DNA from: an uncultured candidate division Zixibacteria bacterium
GTDB taxonomy: Bacteria; Zixibacteria; MSB-5A5; GN15; PGXB01
Length of the DNA stretch: 64,000 nt
Assembly (NCBI GenBank): GCA_963702205.1
Contig: OY969724.1
Span: 2,624,001-2,688,000 of the forward strand
Direction: 5' to 3'
Shown here in pieces: positions 61,383-64,000 of this stretch. The position numbers were made by a program, and so were the translations under genes. Each line of letters opens with the position of its first letter. Position 1 is the stretch's first letter. A model generated the notes under the pieces. That model was not told the origin of the DNA. It was given only the letters and a program-made list of their open reading frames with translations, and ran no database searches.

Positions 61383-62087
61383 ATGAATAACAAAGGAACG
61401 CTATACCTCGTCCCGACCCCGATCGGCAATCTGGGCGATATGACACCCCGGGCAATCGAAACCCTTGGCAATTCCGAATTGATTGCCTGCGAAGACACCC
61501 GTACCTCGGGACATCTGCTCAAGCACTTCGGGATCAACGCCCGCACCATAAGCTACCACGATTTCAATGAACAGAAACGCCTGCCGAAACTTCTTGAGGT
61601 GCTCAATGCGGGCGGTAATATTTCCGTCATCACCGACGCCGGCGCCCCCGGTATTTCCGATCCCGCCTATCGTATCATTCGAGCGGCCATCGAAAATGAC
61701 ATTACCGTATCGCCCCTGCCCGGAGCCGGCGCTTTGATTCCGGCCCTGACCGGTTCCGGTTTGCCGCCGGACCGTTTCTTTTTCGAGGGATTTTTGCCCC
61801 CCAAAGCGGGCACGAGAAAAAACCGGCTGAAAAAGCTGGCCGAACTTGAGCACACCCTTATATTCTATGAATCACCTCACCGTATCGAGAAAACCCTCGC
61901 CGACTGCCTTGAAGTGTTGGGCGACCGCGATGGTTGCATAGCGCGCGAACTGTCCAAGATGCACGAAGAATTCATTCGCGGCTCGCTCAATCAACTGCTC
62001 GAAACCGCGCGCACCCGAAACCTCAAAGGTGAATTTGTTTTAATCATTCATGGCGCTGCAAAATCCAAAAAGCACAATGCATCCTGA
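61383..62087 (+). CDS. rsmI: 16S rRNA (cytidine(1402)-2'-O)-methyltransferase
   Basis: LYLVPTPIGNLGD, ACEDTR, DAGAPGISDP, FEGFLP, YESPHR, RELSKMHEE. Confidence 0.97.
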   Translation: MNNKGTLYLVPTPIGNLGDMTPRAIETLGNSELIACEDTRTSGHLLKHFGINARTISYHDFNEQKRLPKLLEVLNAGGNISVITDAGAPGISDPAYRIIRAAIENDITVSPLPGAGALIPALTGSGLPPDRFFFEGFLPPKAGTRKNRLKKLAELEHTLIFYESPHRIEKTLADCLEVLGDRDGCIARELSKMHEEFIRGSLNQLLETARTRNLKGEFVLIIHGAAKSKKHNAS

Positions 62088-62895
62088 AATATTCCATATC
62101 GGATCCGTAACGATTCGCAGCTATGGCGCTCTTTTGGCGTTGTCGTTCGTGCTGGGCGTCTGGTACGTTTACGCCGTGTCGAAAGGCACCGAGCTGAATC
62201 TGTCGCGGATTTTGATATTGTCGTACATTATGATTCTCGGCGGCGTCTTCGGCGCGCGGCTGTTCTATGTCCTGTTTCATATCGAGGAGTTCTCCGGTCA
62301 CTGGTTAGCCACCATTAATCCGTTTCAAAGCGATCAGTTCGGCATTGCCGGTTTTAACATGTACGGCGGTGTTATCACCGGGCTGGCTTTAGCCCTGTAC
62401 TATATGAGACGAACCGGTTTGAAAGTTCTTCGCACTCTGGATTTCTTCGCGCCGACCATCGGGCTCGGTCTGATTTTCACCCGCATCGGCTGCTTTTTAA
62501 ACGGGTGTTGCTTCGGGACGCCGACCGACAGCTTTCTCGGCGTGACTTTCCCGGCCGGATCGACGCCGTGGTTTATTCTTGGCAGCATCCCGATACACCC
62601 GGCGCAGTTGTACAGCTCTTTTTACGGCCTGATTTTGTTTTTATTCCTGCACTGGAAACTTAAGCGCAAGCGTTTCGACGGTGAAATAACCGCCTGGCTG
62701 CTGATTCTCGAAGCGTGCTTTCGTTTCGCGGTCGAATATGTCCGTTATTACGAACTGGACATGATGGTCAACATTTTCGGTGTCAAAGCCACCTGGAATC
62801 AGGTTATGGCGATTTTCATGATTGTCGGTGGCATCATTTTGTACATGGTGCAACGATCCCGATATCTGTCGTCAGGGAATTCGAGTGAAACCTGA
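62077..62895 (+). CDS. lgt: Prolipoprotein diacylglyceryl transferase
   Basis: IRSYG, GARLFYV, RIGCFLNGCCFG, HPAQLY, RFAVEYVR. Confidence 0.95.
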   Translation: MHPEIFHIGSVTIRSYGALLALSFVLGVWYVYAVSKGTELNLSRILILSYIMILGGVFGARLFYVLFHIEEFSGHWLATINPFQSDQFGIAGFNMYGGVITGLALALYYMRRTGLKVLRTLDFFAPTIGLGLIFTRIGCFLNGCCFGTPTDSFLGVTFPAGSTPWFILGSIPIHPAQLYSSFYGLILFLFLHWKLKRKRFDGEITAWLLILEACFRFAVEYVRYYELDMMVNIFGVKATWNQVMAIFMIVGGIILYMVQRSRYLSSGNSSET

Positions 62896-63778
62896 GCGTC
62901 TGGGAGATTTCAGCGCCATCGCCTGCGCCATCGTCTGCGGTCTGGGCAATATCGTAGTGAAGGTTGGACTTATTGATGTATCGACCATACTTTTCAATTT
63001 CTGGTTCTTTGTCGCCGCCGTCGCCATTTCGTTTCTATCACTGTCAAACGCCAAAATCCGCAAAGAGGTCTTCGCGACCGACCTGAAAGCGCTCGGCTTA
63101 ATAGCTTTTCTTACCCTATTTTTTTCGTTCGGGATATATACTTTCTTTCACGCCATAAAAATCATCGACCCGGCGACGGTCTCGTTTTTATCCCGCTTCG
63201 AAATAATCCTGACCATAATCCTGGCATATTTCTTTTTAAAAGAACGGCTGACCAAGTACGAACTGCTCGGCGGACTGATCGCCGTCGCCGGGGTATTTAT
63301 ATTAAAGTACAGGACAACCGTGGAAATTTCAACCGCCGCCTCCTATATGATTCTTTCCGCCTTTTTCTTTGCCGTCGCGGAGATAATGGTCAAAAGGTAT
63401 ATTCGCATTATCGGCACCATGCGTTTTGTCTTTTTCAGGAATATCTTCGCGGTCGGAATCTTCTATATAATTCTCAAAGTCGCCGGGCAATCTCTGACTG
63501 TTCCCAATAGTATGACTCTGCTCTGGGCTTTCATTGGAGCCTTGTTATTGCCGGTGCTGGGGCGGGTGACCTATATCGAAGCCTTAAAAAGGATCAACAT
63601 ATCGCGTGCGGCTCTCTTCACGCAGTCTACTCCCTTGTTCACGGTGGTTTTCGCTTTAATGTTTTTGCATTCGCTGCCGACACCAATCGAATGGCTGGGC
63701 GGCACATTGATTATCTCAGGTGTACTGATCGTCAAATTCGCGGAGAGAGTCGAGCATCGGAAACAGCGCGTCTTATAA
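62885..63778 (+). CDS. DMT/EamA-family transporter
   Basis: About ten TM helices in two EamA halves; LAYFFLKE; GTG 62885 overlaps the lgt end. Confidence 0.88.
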   Translation: MKPERLGDFSAIACAIVCGLGNIVVKVGLIDVSTILFNFWFFVAAVAISFLSLSNAKIRKEVFATDLKALGLIAFLTLFFSFGIYTFFHAIKIIDPATVSFLSRFEIILTIILAYFFLKERLTKYELLGGLIAVAGVFILKYRTTVEISTAASYMILSAFFFAVAEIMVKRYIRIIGTMRFVFFRNIFAVGIFYIILKVAGQSLTVPNSMTLLWAFIGALLLPVLGRVTYIEALKRINISRAALFTQSTPLFTVVFALMFLHSLPTPIEWLGGTLIISGVLIVKFAERVEHRKQRVL

Positions 63779-63802
63779 AAACAATTAAACTTGTATTGAA
63801 TC

Positions 63803-64000
63803 TTAATGCACTTCGAGCATGCGCTCGAGGGCCAGCAGGGCCCTGGCTTTGATTTCCGGCTTGACCCGGATAGGTTTGATATCCTTGAAATTCTCGAGGC
63901 AGTACGCCAGGTCGTTGAGAGTAGTACGATACATATTGGCGCAGGCCGGACAGGTTTGCCCGGACAGCGCTAAGATCTTTTTGTCGGGATATTCATGGGC
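63803..64000 (-). CDS. nadA: Quinolinate synthase NadA, 3' end only; absent from the ORF track
   Basis: Manual translation AHEYPDKKILALSGQTCPACANMYRTTLNDLAYCLEN...IKARALLALERMLEVH; CxNM...L..L...ALERML is typical of the NadA C-terminus. Confidence 0.85.
   Translation of the reverse strand, partial: AHEYPDKKILALSGQTCPACANMYRTTLNDLAYCLENFKDIKPIRVKPEIKARALLALERMLEVH

Noticed and set aside
1..64000. CRISPR arrays, tRNA/rRNA genes, transposases, prophage or defence genes
   Set aside because: None seen by eye; intergenic gaps are short and lack regular repeats or cloverleaf motifs

Overview
Gene-dense chromosomal window from a diderm bacterium. The dockerin plus FlgD/T9SS-like C-terminal sorting domains suggest an FCB-group organism such as Zixibacteria (inference). 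Most of it is housekeeping: rimP-nusA-infB-DUF503, cysE, nifS/iscS-mnmA, TamB/TamA and AsmA, an ECF sigma/anti-sigma operon, ccdA, rhomboid, trxA, a CoA-activase fusion, dtd-maf-rodZ-smc-ftsY-yjbQ-rlmH, uvrB, rplU-bamA-skp-lpxD, ssb, rsmI-lgt-DMT and the 3' end of nadA. I saw no rRNA, tRNA, CRISPR array or mobile element. The best candidate for something new is an unlisted 53-codon membrane micro-protein at the end of the trxA operon, with an in-frame UGA (U-x4-C) followed by a SECIS-like hairpin. Other notable items: an HtrA/PDZ homolog lacking all three catalytic residues inside the ECF/anti-sigma operon; a ~2500-aa surface protein of 23 Cys-patterned Ig-like repeats with a super-repeat and probable inter-domain disulfides; a CxxCH lipoprotein between two outer-membrane barrels; a RomR-like pseudo-receiver; and competing hairpins directly before mnmA. 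Two single-base frameshifts (bamA and a secreted protein) are probably assembly errors.
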